From: Candidatus Omnitrophota bacterium
GTDB lineage: Bacteria > Omnitrophota > Omnitrophia > Omnitrophales > Aquincolibacteriaceae
DNA: 64,000 nt
Reading direction: 5' to 3'
NCBI GenBank assembly: GCA_903856085.1
Contig: CAIOAT010000003.1
Coordinates: 173-64,172, forward strand
Shown here piece after piece: positions 9,339-19,631 of the stretch (position 1 is the first letter of the stretch; each line of letters starts with the position of its first letter). A program made the translations under genes and the position numbers. Under the pieces are notes generated by a model, which was not told where the DNA came from, made no database searches, and worked only from the letters and a program-made list of their open reading frames with translations.

Positions 9339-10436
9339 TCAGTAGTTGGCTTTTTCCAGCCTAAAAAGCGCGAATGTTGCGAAAAGGATATTCCCACCCC
9401 ATGCGCTAAAGAACGGTAAGAGTTTCCCAGCTTTTCCCATGGCGAGCAGGACCGCGTCGCATACATGGAATGCAAATACCATGGCTGCGCATACCAGAAC
9501 GCTCATGGCGATCGCCTTTCGGTTGCGTACGGTCCCCAGGAAGGGGATGGCGAGAAGCAGCATGACGAGGCCTTTCCAGGGTGAGGCCATGCGGTTGTAA
9601 AGATCCACTTTCTCTGCATACACGGCAATGCCGTTCTCTCTGAGCTTATTGATCGTGTATTTCAGTTCATGATAAGAAAGAAAAGCGCTGTCGCTCGCCG
9701 TGTTGATCAAGTCCCGTGGCGTGATCGTAACATCCAAATAACTTTTTTTCGGGATGATCAAGGGCTTTCCGAGGACATCGCCCTGGACGCCAGTTTGATA
9801 TTCCGTGATCCCCTCAAAAAGCCATTGATCGCCGGTCCAGGCGCCTCTTTGCGCGAAGATCTTTTGCGCGGTGTGATGCGTTACGGGATCCAGCCAGATG
9901 ATGATCGCGTCCTCGACGGTCTTGGGGCGTGGAGAGAATTTTCGGAAATAATAAAGTGTGTTGCCTCCGGAATAATAGGTGACGTTTTTGAAAACCTTTC
10001 GATCTTTGTTATCTTTTTTCTTCTCGATGTAGATCTCGAGGAGCTCGTTTGCCGTGCGGGAGGTTTTCGGCACCACGCGATCTGCGATAAGGAAGGTGAT
10101 GATGCCGAGCAACAGTCCGAGGAAGATCATCGGACGGACAATGGTGAGGATCTTGAGGCCAGCGGCCTTCATGGCCATCAGCTCGTTATGAAGGCCAAAT
10201 TGGACTAAAAGGAAAATGGTCCCGAGCCATACGGCCCACGCGATGGTCTGGGTGAACGAGATCGGGATGAGCGACAGATAATAGCGGAGGATGATCAGGA
10301 TCGGGGTCTTGTTCCTCAGAAGTTCATCGAGGTTATCAAAGAGGTCCGCCACCAGGATCAGGAAAATGAGTGTGAGAGAACAGAAAATGATCGGGAAGAT
10401 CAGTTCTCTTACAAGATATCGGTCCAGGACTTTCAA
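9339..10436 (-). CDS. LPS export ABC permease, LptF/LptG (YjgP/YjgQ) family
   Basis: The …LKVLDRYLVRELIFPIIF… start motif and multi-TM body are typical of LptF/LptG. Real start is probably the TTG at 10436, preceded by AAGGAG with an 8 nt spacer. The ORF-track extension to 10577 translates an intergenic repeat. Confidence 0.8.
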   Translation of the reverse strand: MKVLDRYLVRELIFPIIFCSLTLIFLILVADLFDNLDELLRNKTPILIILRYYLSLIPISFTQTIAWAVWLGTIFLLVQFGLHNELMAMKAAGLKILTIVRPMIFLGLLLGIITFLIADRVVPKTSRTANELLEIYIEKKKDNKDRKVFKNVTYYSGGNTLYYFRKFSPRPKTVEDAIIIWLDPVTHHTAQKIFAQRGAWTGDQWLFEGITEYQTGVQGDVLGKPLIIPKKSYLDVTITPRDLINTASDSAFLSYHELKYTINKLRENGIAVYAEKVDLYNRMASPWKGLVMLLLAIPFLGTVRNRKAIAMSVLVCAAMVFAFHVCDAVLLAMGKAGKLLPFFSAWGGNILFATFALFRLEKANY

Positions 10437-10497
10437 AAGGGATTCTCCTTGAGAGTTGAGTTGCGAAGCCAGCACCGTTTCAAGGTCGATTTTACAG

Positions 10498-10549
10498 GTG
10501 AACGGTACAGCCCTGCGAGCCATAAGAGCAATATAGACGCAGTGCAGTA
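10498..10549. repeat. Intergenic repeat, B-type copy (gaacggtacag…ctgcgag…cgcagt)
   Basis: gtgaacggtacagccctgcgagccataagagcaatatagacgcagtgcagta aligns with 37023..37072 and with the reverse complement of 16581..16630. Confidence 0.45.
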
Positions 10550-10628
10550 TCTTATCCGCGCGCGGGACGAATCTCAAACTGTTTTTGCGGGAGACATGGT
10601 TTGATGTGCCCCCTCATTCTGAAGGAGC

Positions 10629-11342
10629 TCAAAGGGCGGGGCCTAGGATTGTTGCTTTTTTGATGTTGGGGACAGCCCTTGCGAGTGCCAGAAAATCCAC
10701 GCGCTTGGCACCATGGAGTTTCAAAAGACGGGCGGCTTCGTTTGCGGTCGCTCCGGTGGTCAGGACATCGTCCAAAAGAAGAAAAGACCTGTTCCTAGCT
10801 TTCGCGGGGTGCTTGAGTTGGAAGGCGCCATAGACATTGATCGCACGCTCACACTGGCTGAGGAAAGTTTGACTCGGAATGGAGCGATGCTTGATCAAAA
10901 GGGATCTGTCGACAGGAGGCGTAAGCCAAGGTTTCAACATCGTCGCGAGGATCTCCGCCTGATTGAAATGTCTTTTCATGAGTTTAAGTCTATCGATAGG
11001 GATGGGAAGGATCGCGTTGTACCCGAAATCGGAAGTGACAGCTTGCGCAATCTCAAGGGCGTGTTTTTGACAGGCCTTGAAAAGATAATCTTTGCGTGCG
11101 TACTTGACGCCGCGCAGCAGCTCCCTGACTGGGGACCTGTAGGCATAAACGGTCCAGACATTGTCCAGGTGTTCAAAACGTTCGTCGACCAGGGCTTCTT
11201 CCATGGGCCAGGCAAGGGCGTCGAGATTCCCGGTGCAGCGCCGACAAAGGATTGTCTCCTCAAGGTCGAGATTGGCGCGGCACACTTCGCATGCTGCAGG
11301 ATAGAAAAGGCGGATAAAGGCTTCTTTGTAGTGATGAAGCAT
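10629..11342 (-). CDS. comFC: ComF family protein (ComFC-like phosphoribosyltransferase with N-terminal double zinc ribbon)
   Basis: CEVCRANL…CRRC zinc ribbons plus the PRTase motif LLLDDVLTTGATANEAARLL. Confidence 0.75.
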   Translation of the reverse strand: MLHHYKEAFIRLFYPAACEVCRANLDLEETILCRRCTGNLDALAWPMEEALVDERFEHLDNVWTVYAYRSPVRELLRGVKYARKDYLFKACQKHALEIAQAVTSDFGYNAILPIPIDRLKLMKRHFNQAEILATMLKPWLTPPVDRSLLIKHRSIPSQTFLSQCERAINVYGAFQLKHPAKARNRSFLLLDDVLTTGATANEAARLLKLHGAKRVDFLALARAVPNIKKATILGPAL

Positions 11343-11484
11343 AAAGATATTATATCATAAAAATAATGCAATAAAATCAAATGAGTCTTTTTCGCGTGCC
11401 ACGTTTCACGTCTCGCGCAACCCCTGCTCCGAGGGTAGTCGGATATGGCGCTTGGGACGTGGGACGATGTTGCCGTTATTTCCT

Positions 11485-11512
11485 TTGCCTCAGGGCGGGT
11501 TTTCCGTATAAT
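11485..11512 (+). promoter_or_regulatory. Putative sigma70 promoter for rpsU
   Basis: TTGCCT (11485-90), 16 nt spacer, perfect TATAAT (11507-12), about 42 nt upstream of the rpsU GTG. Confidence 0.4.
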
Positions 11513-11553
11513 ACCGCCTCCATTAATCCACATACGAGAGAGGGTGAAACCGA

Positions 11554-11733
11554 GTGCTAAAAGTTGACGTTGGAAATCACGAGCCGCTTGAGCGGGCCTT
11601 GAAGCGCCTGAAAAAAAAGTTGGAACGCGAAGGGATCATGAAGATCCTGAAGGCGCGGAAGAATTACGAAAAGCCCAGCGAGAAGAGGCGTCGTAAGTCC
11701 CGCATGAACAAATCCCGTAAATATAGCTTCTAA
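11554..11733 (+). CDS. rpsU: 30S ribosomal protein S21
   Basis: GTG start preceded by an AGAGAGGG RBS. (M)LKVDVGNHEPLERALKRLKKKLEREGIMKILKARKNYEKPSEKRRRKSRMNKSRKYSF is an S21 signature. Confidence 0.9.
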   Translation: MLKVDVGNHEPLERALKRLKKKLEREGIMKILKARKNYEKPSEKRRRKSRMNKSRKYSF

Positions 11734-11797
11734 TTGAGGCGCTATCCGAACGAGTTTTCCTTGTTAGCATCCGAAAGGGGACAGTCCCTCTGAAATT

Positions 11798-11827
11798 AAA
11801 GGGGATTGTCCCCTTTCTCTTTTTCGG
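11798..11827 (+). terminator. Rho-independent terminator after rpsU (second of two tandem hairpins)
   Basis: AAAGGGGA-ttg-TCCCCTTT stem-loop followed by CTCTTTTT. A similar hairpin, aggggacagtccct, lies just upstream at about 11776-11789. Confidence 0.55.
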
Positions 11828-11989
11828 CAAAGTGGAAATGCGCTTCTTCTTTTGATATGATGACGCCTGATTAACATTGATTTTTAAATGAAAATCAGTG
11901 CAGTCCCAATGACCCTTTATTCCTTGTTAGGACTTGGGATGCCCTGAAGCGTGAATCGTGCAGGACGAAAGGGCAGCACCCCACAACTT

Positions 11990-13261
11990 ATGACAGCAAA
12001 ATACCAGGGTTTCCCGGGGATGGAGGACATTCTTCCCGGCGAGATTGAAAAATGGCAATGGATCGAGGAAAAAGCGCGCATTTTCTTCGATGCCGCCGGA
12101 TTCAAAGAAATACGCACCCCTCTTCTCGAACCTACAGAACTTTTCGTCCGGTCCATTGGCGCGACCAGCGATATCGTCCACAAAGAGATGTTCTCCTTCA
12201 AGGATCGCGGGGAGCGGGATATGACGCTTCGTCCCGAGATGACCGCTTCGGTTGCGCGTGCCGTGATCGAAAAAGGTCTTCTCAAACAGGCGAAGTCCCT
12301 CCGGCTTTATTACATGGGTCCCATGTTTCGTGCCGAGCGTCCCCAAGCGGGTCGTAAACGTCAGTTCCATCAGATCGGCGCCGAGATCATCAATGAAGAT
12401 GTGGTGTCAGATTTTGAGATCATTGCGCTCCTCTATAAGTTTCTTCAATACGCAGGCCTCAAGAACATCCGGTTGAATCTGAACGATCTTGGCGAGGAGG
12501 CGGACCGTGCGCAAGTGCGCAAGTCGCTTACGGAACATTTTTCAGGAGAAAAAGCCAGGCTCTGCAAGGATTGCCAGTGGCGGCTGGAAAAGAACGTGCT
12601 TCGTGTGTTTGATTGCAAAGTTCCGGGATGTCAGCCGGTGATCGAGTCGGCGCCGTGGGAAGATTTTTTTCCGCTCAGTGACCGTTTCAAGACGCTGGGC
12701 TCAAAGCTTGAGGTTCATAGCATTCCTTATCATGTGAACCGGCGTCTCGTGCGCGGTCTTGACTATTACAACGGTGTGGTTTTCGAGATCACGGCCGAAG
12801 GGTTGGGGGCGCAGAATGCCGTGGCGGGCGGTGGGCGTTACAATAATCTTTATCAGGAACTCGGCGGAAGTGCCACGCCCTGTACGGGATTCAGCATCGG
12901 AATGGAACGGCTCTTGACCGCAATCGAGGCTCAGGATCCGAAGGCTTTTGAGGTGCTTCGTGCACGAAAAGTTTATTTTTCGCCGCTTGAAGATCATGCT
13001 GAAATCTTGCGGTTTTGCCTGGAAAAAGCGGTTTTGTTGCGCGAAGCGGGAGCCCGGCCCGAGACGACGCATGGCGTTTTTTCTCTGAGCCAGCACCTGA
13101 AGAAGGCGAATCAGTTGGGGCTTCGTTTTATGGTGATCGTAGGGCCGGACGAATTCGGGAAAAAGGTCGCGGTGGTAAAAGACCTTGAGAACAGGGTGCA
13201 GGAGGAAGTTGGCATCGAACAGATCGTGGCACATTTAAAAAAGGTGATGAATTTATGCTGA
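11990..13261 (+). CDS. hisS: Histidine--tRNA ligase
   Basis: Class II aaRS motifs (…RGLDYYNGVVFEI…GGGRYNNL…). Start moved to MTAKYQGF…, residue 14 of the track ORF. Overlaps the aspS start in ATGCTGA. Confidence 0.9.
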   Translation: MTAKYQGFPGMEDILPGEIEKWQWIEEKARIFFDAAGFKEIRTPLLEPTELFVRSIGATSDIVHKEMFSFKDRGERDMTLRPEMTASVARAVIEKGLLKQAKSLRLYYMGPMFRAERPQAGRKRQFHQIGAEIINEDVVSDFEIIALLYKFLQYAGLKNIRLNLNDLGEEADRAQVRKSLTEHFSGEKARLCKDCQWRLEKNVLRVFDCKVPGCQPVIESAPWEDFFPLSDRFKTLGSKLEVHSIPYHVNRRLVRGLDYYNGVVFEITAEGLGAQNAVAGGGRYNNLYQELGGSATPCTGFSIGMERLLTAIEAQDPKAFEVLRARKVYFSPLEDHAEILRFCLEKAVLLREAGARPETTHGVFSLSQHLKKANQLGLRFMVIVGPDEFGKKVAVVKDLENRVQEEVGIEQIVAHLKKVMNLC

Positions 13262-15030
13262 GGACAGTGACATGCGGTGAGCTGGACAAAAGTTTTGTTG
13301 GAAAAGAGGAGACCCTGACCGGATGGGTGGATACCCGGCGTGATCATGGGAATTTGATCTTTGTGGACCTTCGCGATCGTTGGGGCCTGACCCAGATCGT
13401 TTTGAATCCGCAAGCCAATCCTGAGATGCATAAAAAAGCGGAGTCGCTTCGGTCGGAATTCGTGATTCGCGTAAAGGGGAAAGTCGCCGCTCGTCCGGCC
13501 GGGACTGTAAATTCTAAGATCCCGACAGGGGAGATCGAACTTCAGGCCGAAGAACTCGAAATTCTGAACGCCTGTCTTCCGATGCCTTTTGAGCTTGAAG
13601 AAAAGAATGTGGGTGAGGAGCTCCGGCTCCAGTACCGGTTTTTGGATCTCCGCCGCAAGGAGATGATCCGCAATCTTACGCTCCGTCATCGCGTGACGAA
13701 GCTGGTACACGAATATCTGGACAAGCAGGGTTTTATCGAGGTCGAAACACCTTATCTGACGAAGAGCACGCCAGAAGGAGCCCGTGATTTTCTTGTGCCG
13801 TCGCGCTTGAATCCCGGAAGCTTTTACGCATTGCCGCAATCGCCACAGCTTTTTAAACAACTCCTTATGGTTGCGAATTATGACCGCTACTATCAGCTCG
13901 CCCGCTGTTTTCGCGACGAAGATCTTCGCAAGGATCGTCAGCCCGAACACACCCAGATCGATCTTGAGATGTCCTTCATTGATGAAGAAGACATTATGGG
14001 GATCGTGGAAGGGATGGTGGGGCATGTTTTCAAACACGCCAAGCAGCTCGATATCAAACTTCCCCTACGCCGTATGAGCTACAAGGAAGCCATGGAGAAG
14101 TACGGAAGCGACAAGCCCGATCTCCGGTACGGAATGGCGATCTCTGACCTTACGTCAGTTTTTGAAAAAAGCGGGTTCAAGATCTTTGATGAAACGATCG
14201 CCAATGGCGGCCAGATCCGTGGGCTTGCGTTCACGCCGCCAGCAGGTGTGGAATTCTCGCGCAAGGATTTTGATGATCTTACGCAGTGGATCAAGACCTA
14301 TGGGCCGAAAGGCCTGGCCTGGTTCAAGGTTCTCGGGCCGGATCAGGTTGAATCACCGATCCAAAAGTTCTTTGATACCGCGCGCATCGGAAAAATGATC
14401 GCGACCGTAGGCGCCAAACCTGGCGATATTGTTTTTATGGTTGCCGACAAGTTTAAGATCGCAGCCGTTGCGCTTGGAGCGCTTCGCTGCTTTCTTGCGG
14501 ATAAATACAAAATGATCCCGGAAGGGAAGTTCGAACTTCTTTGGATCGTGGATTTTCCTCTTTTCGACTGGAACGAGGAAGAGAAGCGCTGCGATGCTTG
14601 CCATCACCCGTTCACGTCGCCGAAGCCGGAGGATGTGCCGCTTCTTGAGACGGATCCTCTCAAAGTGAGGGCTCGTGCTTATGACCTGGTTTGTAACGGT
14701 ACAGAAATGGGCGGAGGTAGCATCCGTATCCATGACCGGGCGGTGCAGTCCAAGATCTTCAATCTTTTGAATCTGACGGCGGAACAAGCGGAACTGCAGT
14801 TTGGGTTCCTTCTGAAAGCGCTTTCTTTCGGGGCGCCGCCGCACGGAGGCCTCGCGATCGGGCTCGATCGTTTTGTGACGCTTCTCCTAGGTCTGGAATC
14901 GATCCGGGAAGTGATCGCGTTCCCCAAGACGCAAAAGGGCACCTGTCTGATGACCGATGCGCCCTCGACCGTGGATGAACGGCAGCTCAAAGAACTCAGC
15001 GTTGCGATAAAACTTAATCCCAAAACATAG
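13255..15030 (+). CDS. aspS: Aspartate--tRNA ligase
   Basis: [10 protein letters not shown]… N-terminal OB fold plus class II core (…FRDEDLR…GGGSIRIHD…GLDR…). Confidence 0.9.
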   Translation: MLRTVTCGELDKSFVGKEETLTGWVDTRRDHGNLIFVDLRDRWGLTQIVLNPQANPEMHKKAESLRSEFVIRVKGKVAARPAGTVNSKIPTGEIELQAEELEILNACLPMPFELEEKNVGEELRLQYRFLDLRRKEMIRNLTLRHRVTKLVHEYLDKQGFIEVETPYLTKSTPEGARDFLVPSRLNPGSFYALPQSPQLFKQLLMVANYDRYYQLARCFRDEDLRKDRQPEHTQIDLEMSFIDEEDIMGIVEGMVGHVFKHAKQLDIKLPLRRMSYKEAMEKYGSDKPDLRYGMAISDLTSVFEKSGFKIFDETIANGGQIRGLAFTPPAGVEFSRKDFDDLTQWIKTYGPKGLAWFKVLGPDQVESPIQKFFDTARIGKMIATVGAKPGDIVFMVADKFKIAAVALGALRCFLADKYKMIPEGKFELLWIVDFPLFDWNEEEKRCDACHHPFTSPKPEDVPLLETDPLKVRARAYDLVCNGTEMGGGSIRIHDRAVQSKIFNLLNLTAEQAELQFGFLLKALSFGAPPHGGLAIGLDRFVTLLLGLESIREVIAFPKTQKGTCLMTDAPSTVDERQLKELSVAIKLNPKT

Positions 15031-15043
15031 AAAGGGGTTCGCC

Positions 15044-16000
15044 TTGCAAAAACTGATCAAGCTGCACTCGAATGAAGAAGCGAAAGCTCTTTACGGCAAT
15101 CTGGATCAGAATGTCCGCCAGGCGGAGAAGGACCATCGCGTCAAGATCGTGGCGCGTAATGATCGGATGAAGATCATGGGCGATAAAAAGAATGTGGAAG
15201 AAGCTACCCGTTTCTTTGTCCGGATGCTTGAGATGATTCGCAAGGGCGGTCGCTTGCCGGAAAAGGCGAGCGCGGAAGCCAGCCCCAAGATCGAGGCTCG
15301 TGTGACGCCACCGCAAGGCGGGGGGATTCATTTCTTTCATCGCGGGAAAGTGATCCAGGCGCGAAGCGAGAACCAGCTGGCGTATTTGAAGGCTATGCAG
15401 ACGCATGATATCGTGATCTCCATCGGCCCTGCGGGGACTGGGAAAACCTATCTCGCTATGGCTGCGGCCATTGAGGCGCTCAAGAAAAAATATGTGGCCC
15501 GTATCATTCTGACACGTCCCGCGGTTGAGGCCGGAGAAAATCTCGGTTTTTTGCCCGGGGATCTTGCGGCGAAAGTAAATCCCTACCTCCGGCCGCTTTA
15601 CGATGCACTCTATGACATGCTCGAATTCGATGAAGTGGCCCGTTACACCGAGCGAGGGGCGATCGAGATCGCACCGATCGCGTACATGCGTGGACGGACG
15701 CTTAACGATTCCTATGTCATTCTTGATGAGGCTCAGAACTGTACGAACAGTCAGATGAAGATGTTCCTGACGCGTCTGGGACAGACCTCCAAGGTCGTGA
15801 TCACGGGGGATATCACGCAGATCGATCTGCCGTCGGCGAAGAAATCCGGGCTTGTCGAGATCCGTACGATCCTCGCCGATATTCCGGACATCCAGTTCAT
15901 CTATTTGAACGAGACAGACGTGGTGCGCCATCCCCTCGTGCAAGAGATCATCAAGGCATATGACAAACACGAACGCAAAAAAGCCCGGGAAGAATCCTAG
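15044..16000 (+). CDS. ybeZ: PhoH-like ATPase (PhoH/YbeZ) with N-terminal KH-like domain
   Basis: Walker [12 protein letters not shown] plus a conserved PhoH core. TTG start after an AAAGGGG RBS. Confidence 0.85.
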   Translation: MQKLIKLHSNEEAKALYGNLDQNVRQAEKDHRVKIVARNDRMKIMGDKKNVEEATRFFVRMLEMIRKGGRLPEKASAEASPKIEARVTPPQGGGIHFFHRGKVIQARSENQLAYLKAMQTHDIVISIGPAGTGKTYLAMAAAIEALKKKYVARIILTRPAVEAGENLGFLPGDLAAKVNPYLRPLYDALYDMLEFDEVARYTERGAIEIAPIAYMRGRTLNDSYVILDEAQNCTNSQMKMFLTRLGQTSKVVITGDITQIDLPSAKKSGLVEIRTILADIPDIQFIYLNETDVVRHPLVQEIIKAYDKHERKKAREES

Positions 16001-16097
16001 GGCTGCTTTCGTGGAATCCCACCCTTTCAGGACGCTGCTTTCGGGACAGACGGTCCATAAATATCAGACCCCTGAAGGTGCTTCTTGAGGTTTCCTT

Positions 16098-16580
16098 ATG
16101 GCGTATGAGATCTACCTGAAACAGGAGTGTCCTCGGATCAAGGTCTCGGAGGCCACGCTCAAAACAATTGCCACGAAGATCTTGAAAGACCTGGGTTTTA
16201 AAAGAGCGGTGTTGAGCGTGGTTCTCGTGGACGGTCCTGAGATGCGCAAGCTCAATCGCCGTTATCTCCGCCATGCATGGTCCACAGACGTGCTCGCGTT
16301 CAGCCAGCAGAAATCTCCGGGGCATTTGAAAGAAATGCTCCCCGCGCAAGTCCTTTGCCGCAAAGATATCGATTTTCTTGGGGATATCGCGCTTTGCCTT
16401 CCCACGATCCGTACACAAGCTAAGGAGTACGAACATACTTTTGAAGAAGAGCTTCACTATTGTCTCTGTCACGGGATCTTGCATCTTATGGGCTATGAGG
16501 ACAAGAATCGCGTCGCGTTCAAGAAGATGCATCGCAAGCAGAGCCAAATTCTCACGCGCGTGAAAAAGGAAAAAAACTAG
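16098..16580 (+). CDS. ybeY: Endoribonuclease YbeY (rRNA maturation factor)
   Basis: HxxxH…H zinc motif region (LCHGILHLMGYED). Conserved phoH-ybeY synteny. Confidence 0.85.
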   Translation: MAYEIYLKQECPRIKVSEATLKTIATKILKDLGFKRAVLSVVLVDGPEMRKLNRRYLRHAWSTDVLAFSQQKSPGHLKEMLPAQVLCRKDIDFLGDIALCLPTIRTQAKEYEHTFEEELHYCLCHGILHLMGYEDKNRVAFKKMHRKQSQILTRVKKEKN

Positions 16581-16742
16581 CACTGCGTTGTCATTCATTT
16601 TAAGGATTCGCAGCGCTAGCACCGTCCTAGTTTAATATTTCTTTTCGAGATCGTAGTTTGGGCGGCCCCAATCTCAGCGAAGCTGAGATTGATTGGTATT
16701 GGGACCGTTAACCCGTAAAAACAAATTGAGAACGGTACTAGT
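16581..16742. repeat. Composite intergenic repeat: B-type (reverse) + H-type hairpin + D-type module
   Basis: 16581-16630 reverse-complements to the B consensus. 16664-16706 is ggccccaatctcagcgaagctgagattgattggtattgggacc, a 10 bp perfect inner stem. 16703-16742 is gaccgttaacccgtaaaaacaaattgagaacggtactag, the D module also seen at 22282 and in reverse at 36995. Confidence 0.5.
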
Positions 16743-16744
16743 CA

Positions 16745-17506
16745 ATGAGCATCCACAAGACCGAAGCCCTTGTTTTAAAGACGATGCCGTTCCGTTCCAG
16801 TTCTCTCATCGTGACATTTTTTACCCCGAGACTCGGAAAAGTGCGCGGGGTAGTGAAGGGCGTGCATCGGGAAGGGGAGATCCGTCAGGCGGGTTTCGAG
16901 CTGTTCACCCACGCGGAGTACGTCTTCTACGAAAAAAAACGTTCGGATCTTCATCTGATCTCGGATGCTGCGATTCTTGAAAGCCACCACGCTCTTCGCG
17001 ATCGTTTGGAAGGGATCGCGTATGCCAGTTATTTTTGCGAGCTGGTGGACGAGTTGACCGAGGTTCAGGACCCGCACCCGAAGATCTTTGACCTGCTAAA
17101 GGAAAGTTTCCATTTTCTTCCCGTGATCCCTCCTCCGCGTCTTGAGACGGTTTTTGTGACGCAGCTCCTCAGGGAAATGGGCTGGCTCCCTTTTCTTGAG
17201 AGCTGCCTGCAGTGCGGCGCGAAACCGCTCGAAAAAGGTTTTTTTTCTATCGGTCACGGAGCGCTTCTTTGCGAGCGCTGTCGTTCGAAGGATACCGCCG
17301 CGCTTCCGGTGAGTTCCAGTGCGCTTGCGGTTCTGCGTTCTTACAGCAAGGATGCGCTGGCGGATTGTCTTCGCGTGTCCCACAGCTCCGCAATCGAGGG
17401 CCAGATCAAGACTCTCATAACTACCTTCGTCAATTATCGCCTTGGAAAGGTTCTCAAGACCCGCAAGTTCCTCGATTCCATCCGCACCGTTCTGAAGTCC
17501 GCTTAG
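16745..17506 (+). CDS. recO: DNA repair protein RecO
   Basis: N-terminal OB fold plus a C-terminal Cys4 zinc motif (CLQCG…CERC). Confidence 0.8.
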   Translation: MSIHKTEALVLKTMPFRSSSLIVTFFTPRLGKVRGVVKGVHREGEIRQAGFELFTHAEYVFYEKKRSDLHLISDAAILESHHALRDRLEGIAYASYFCELVDELTEVQDPHPKIFDLLKESFHFLPVIPPPRLETVFVTQLLREMGWLPFLESCLQCGAKPLEKGFFSIGHGALLCERCRSKDTAALPVSSSALAVLRSYSKDALADCLRVSHSSAIEGQIKTLITTFVNYRLGKVLKTRKFLDSIRTVLKSA

Positions 17507-17734
17507 TTCTTCCTCTAAAAAACAGACCCTTCGCAGTCAGAAAAAAATTCGACACATTAAAATTTTTTTTGTAAAGCTGTAACCTGTTTATCTGCAATGG
17601 CTTACGATGATTATAAACTTATCGCATGCATTTGACTTTTCTATATTGCCATGCTATGTTTCCAATAGAAGATAGAAATAACAAAAAATATGTAGATGTT
17701 ATATATTGCTATATTCTAAAAGGGGGGAACTCAG

Positions 17735-18532
17735 ATGGATGAGAACAAAACGCAGAATTTCGATGCGCCCTATCTGTATTTTGGTCTTTCGAGCGAGGAT
17801 CGAGAATCAGCCATCCACTTTCTTTTAGAGTCTATTTTGAAAGCCAAAGATCGCCCTCATGGCTTGTCCCGGAAGCTTTCTTTTGATGAAGATGTGAATA
17901 TTTATCTGGCCCATTTGCTTTTTGCCATCTCTCTCCCGGAGTATCATGATATGGCGGATCCCTTTCTTTCGACTAACACGGATGAGGTTTTTGAATGGGT
18001 TCGAGAGACCGAAGATCCGATGCTTCGGTATTTCATTTTTAAAGTCAATGCCGACCATTTGCTCGTACAGTCCACGATCTTCAACCCTAATCCTCAATTG
18101 GCCAAGCGGTTCTCGTTCAAAAAAGATGTAAAGGAGGAGACGAGCGAGGAACGTTTGGCCGCGATTCTTTATTACAATCAGGCCTCGCGTTGCCACGCCG
18201 GGGTTTATGATAAAAAGACCGGTGTGGGAGAGGTCCTCGGGAAGATCGCGGGTCAGTTCGACGTTTACCGGCATATTCTTACCGGCGTTAAAGAAGATTA
18301 TTTTAAGTTCATCGAGTGTTTCCGTGAGCAGGCGTTCCAGCAATTTCTCGTCAAGCTGAGCGGCTATGAAAGAGAACATCTTCGGGGTATGCGAATGGAA
18401 AAGTTTCTCGAGGTTTATCAGCAGTGGCTTACGACAAAGGCTCCGGAACTTAAAGCCAAGATACTTCATTTAACTCAGGAACTCAGTCAGTTAGACCCCC
18501 AGTTCTGTTTTGACGTCAGCAAACTCAACTAA
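17735..18532 (+). CDS. Hypothetical protein (265 aa)
   Basis: Strong coding signal and an AAAGGGGGG RBS. Preceded by an unusually AT-rich 190 nt region with a TTGACT-16-TATGTT promoter-like element (17633-17660). No recognised domain. Confidence 0.6.
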   Translation: MDENKTQNFDAPYLYFGLSSEDRESAIHFLLESILKAKDRPHGLSRKLSFDEDVNIYLAHLLFAISLPEYHDMADPFLSTNTDEVFEWVRETEDPMLRYFIFKVNADHLLVQSTIFNPNPQLAKRFSFKKDVKEETSEERLAAILYYNQASRCHAGVYDKKTGVGEVLGKIAGQFDVYRHILTGVKEDYFKFIECFREQAFQQFLVKLSGYEREHLRGMRMEKFLEVYQQWLTTKAPELKAKILHLTQELSQLDPQFCFDVSKLN

Positions 18533-18747
18533 TCAAGCCGAGGAAAGGTTGCTTTTCGGAGTCCGCAGGTCTTGTCCGGTGCTCGGCGTTGTTTGCGCCT
18601 GGCGGAGAGATTTGCGGGCTCCGTTTTTTTTGTCTCTAGCTCGAGCAACCTGATGCCGTGTGAAGGGGAGTGCTCCTGAGACCTGTGGTGGCGTCACGGT
18701 TCGATTCCTTGACTTGTGAACATTAAAGCATTAATATTTTTTCACTT

Positions 18748-19113
18748 ATGAGAGCTAATAAACTTTTTTTATTTTCAAATGGGGCGCGGGTCTTCGTGTT
18801 CGTCGCCTTTTTTTCTTTTTTGACAGGGACTGTTTATGCTGGGGTGTTTGAATCTAGCGAATGGACTCACGAGTCCACTTATCTCGGAAAGATCTCCCAA
18901 AAGTTAGGATTCGGGTTTCTCAATATCACAGTCGGTTGGACGGCTCTCTTCTATGAACCTGCCCGCGAGCAGAATTTTTTTGCGGGGGTTGCCAAGGGGA
19001 TCGGTTACACCTTCACGAATTCGGTGGGCGGAATTCTTCACGCGGCAACGTTCCCTTTGCCGCTTGATATTCCATTGCCTCACGGAGGGATTGCTTATGA
19101 ATACAAAAAATAG
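18748..19113 (+). CDS. Small secreted protein, paralog 1 (121 aa)
   Basis: Signal peptide, then shared motifs with the downstream paralog (LG.G..N…GWT…EPA…G.G.G…T..VGG….ATFP.P.DIP). Confidence 0.55.
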   Translation: MRANKLFLFSNGARVFVFVAFFSFLTGTVYAGVFESSEWTHESTYLGKISQKLGFGFLNITVGWTALFYEPAREQNFFAGVAKGIGYTFTNSVGGILHAATFPLPLDIPLPHGGIAYEYKK

Positions 19114-19492
19114 GCGGCCCTTTTTAGCACTCCTCGTGTCTGTCAGCCTTTTTCTGTCTGCCGTTACGTCTGTTTATGCGGCATCTCCCTGGATGGCAAA
19201 GCAGGGCTATGGGTCGAAAACTTGGGGGAAATTCTGCTTTGGCATTAAAAATTCTTTGCTGGGCTGGATGACGCCATGGGCCGAAGCTAAGAATCCGAAG
19301 TATCTCACCCAATGGAGTGGCTATTCGGCAGGAATCGGCGAAGGGGTGATCTATACGGTCGGAGGAGTGATCCAATTGGCTACTTTTTTCATCCCCGTGG
19401 ATTTTCCAGACATGGGTTATGGGTTACCGATTCCTGATCCGGAAAGAGCCAAGAACCCTCCCAAACCCTACGCTCCTTACAGCAAGAAATAG
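19097..19492 (+). CDS. Small secreted protein, paralog 2 (131 aa)
   Basis: Starts at ATG 19097, residue 49 of track ORF 18953. Signal peptide MNTKNRRPFLALLVSVSLFLSAVTSVYA. Paralogous to 18748..19113 and overlaps its 3' end in the same frame. Confidence 0.55.
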   Translation: MNTKNRRPFLALLVSVSLFLSAVTSVYAASPWMAKQGYGSKTWGKFCFGIKNSLLGWMTPWAEAKNPKYLTQWSGYSAGIGEGVIYTVGGVIQLATFFIPVDFPDMGYGLPIPDPERAKNPPKPYAPYSKK

Positions 19493-19631
19493 AAGCGTTC
19501 TGCCGTTTTTTCTTGTCATAGGAACAGAGTCGTTTGTCGTTTGGGCATCTTGTTTCCAAGCTTTCTGAAGTCTGGTATAATCCTCGCTCGATAGCACGGT
19601 CATTCTTCATCCTCTCCTAAGAAAGGATCTT

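Noticed and set aside
11535-11553. AGGGTGAAAC string reminiscent of the RNase P RNA P4 or 'GGUGAAA' motif
   Set aside because: It is the purine-rich RBS region directly before the rpsU GTG. None of the other conserved RNase P elements follows.
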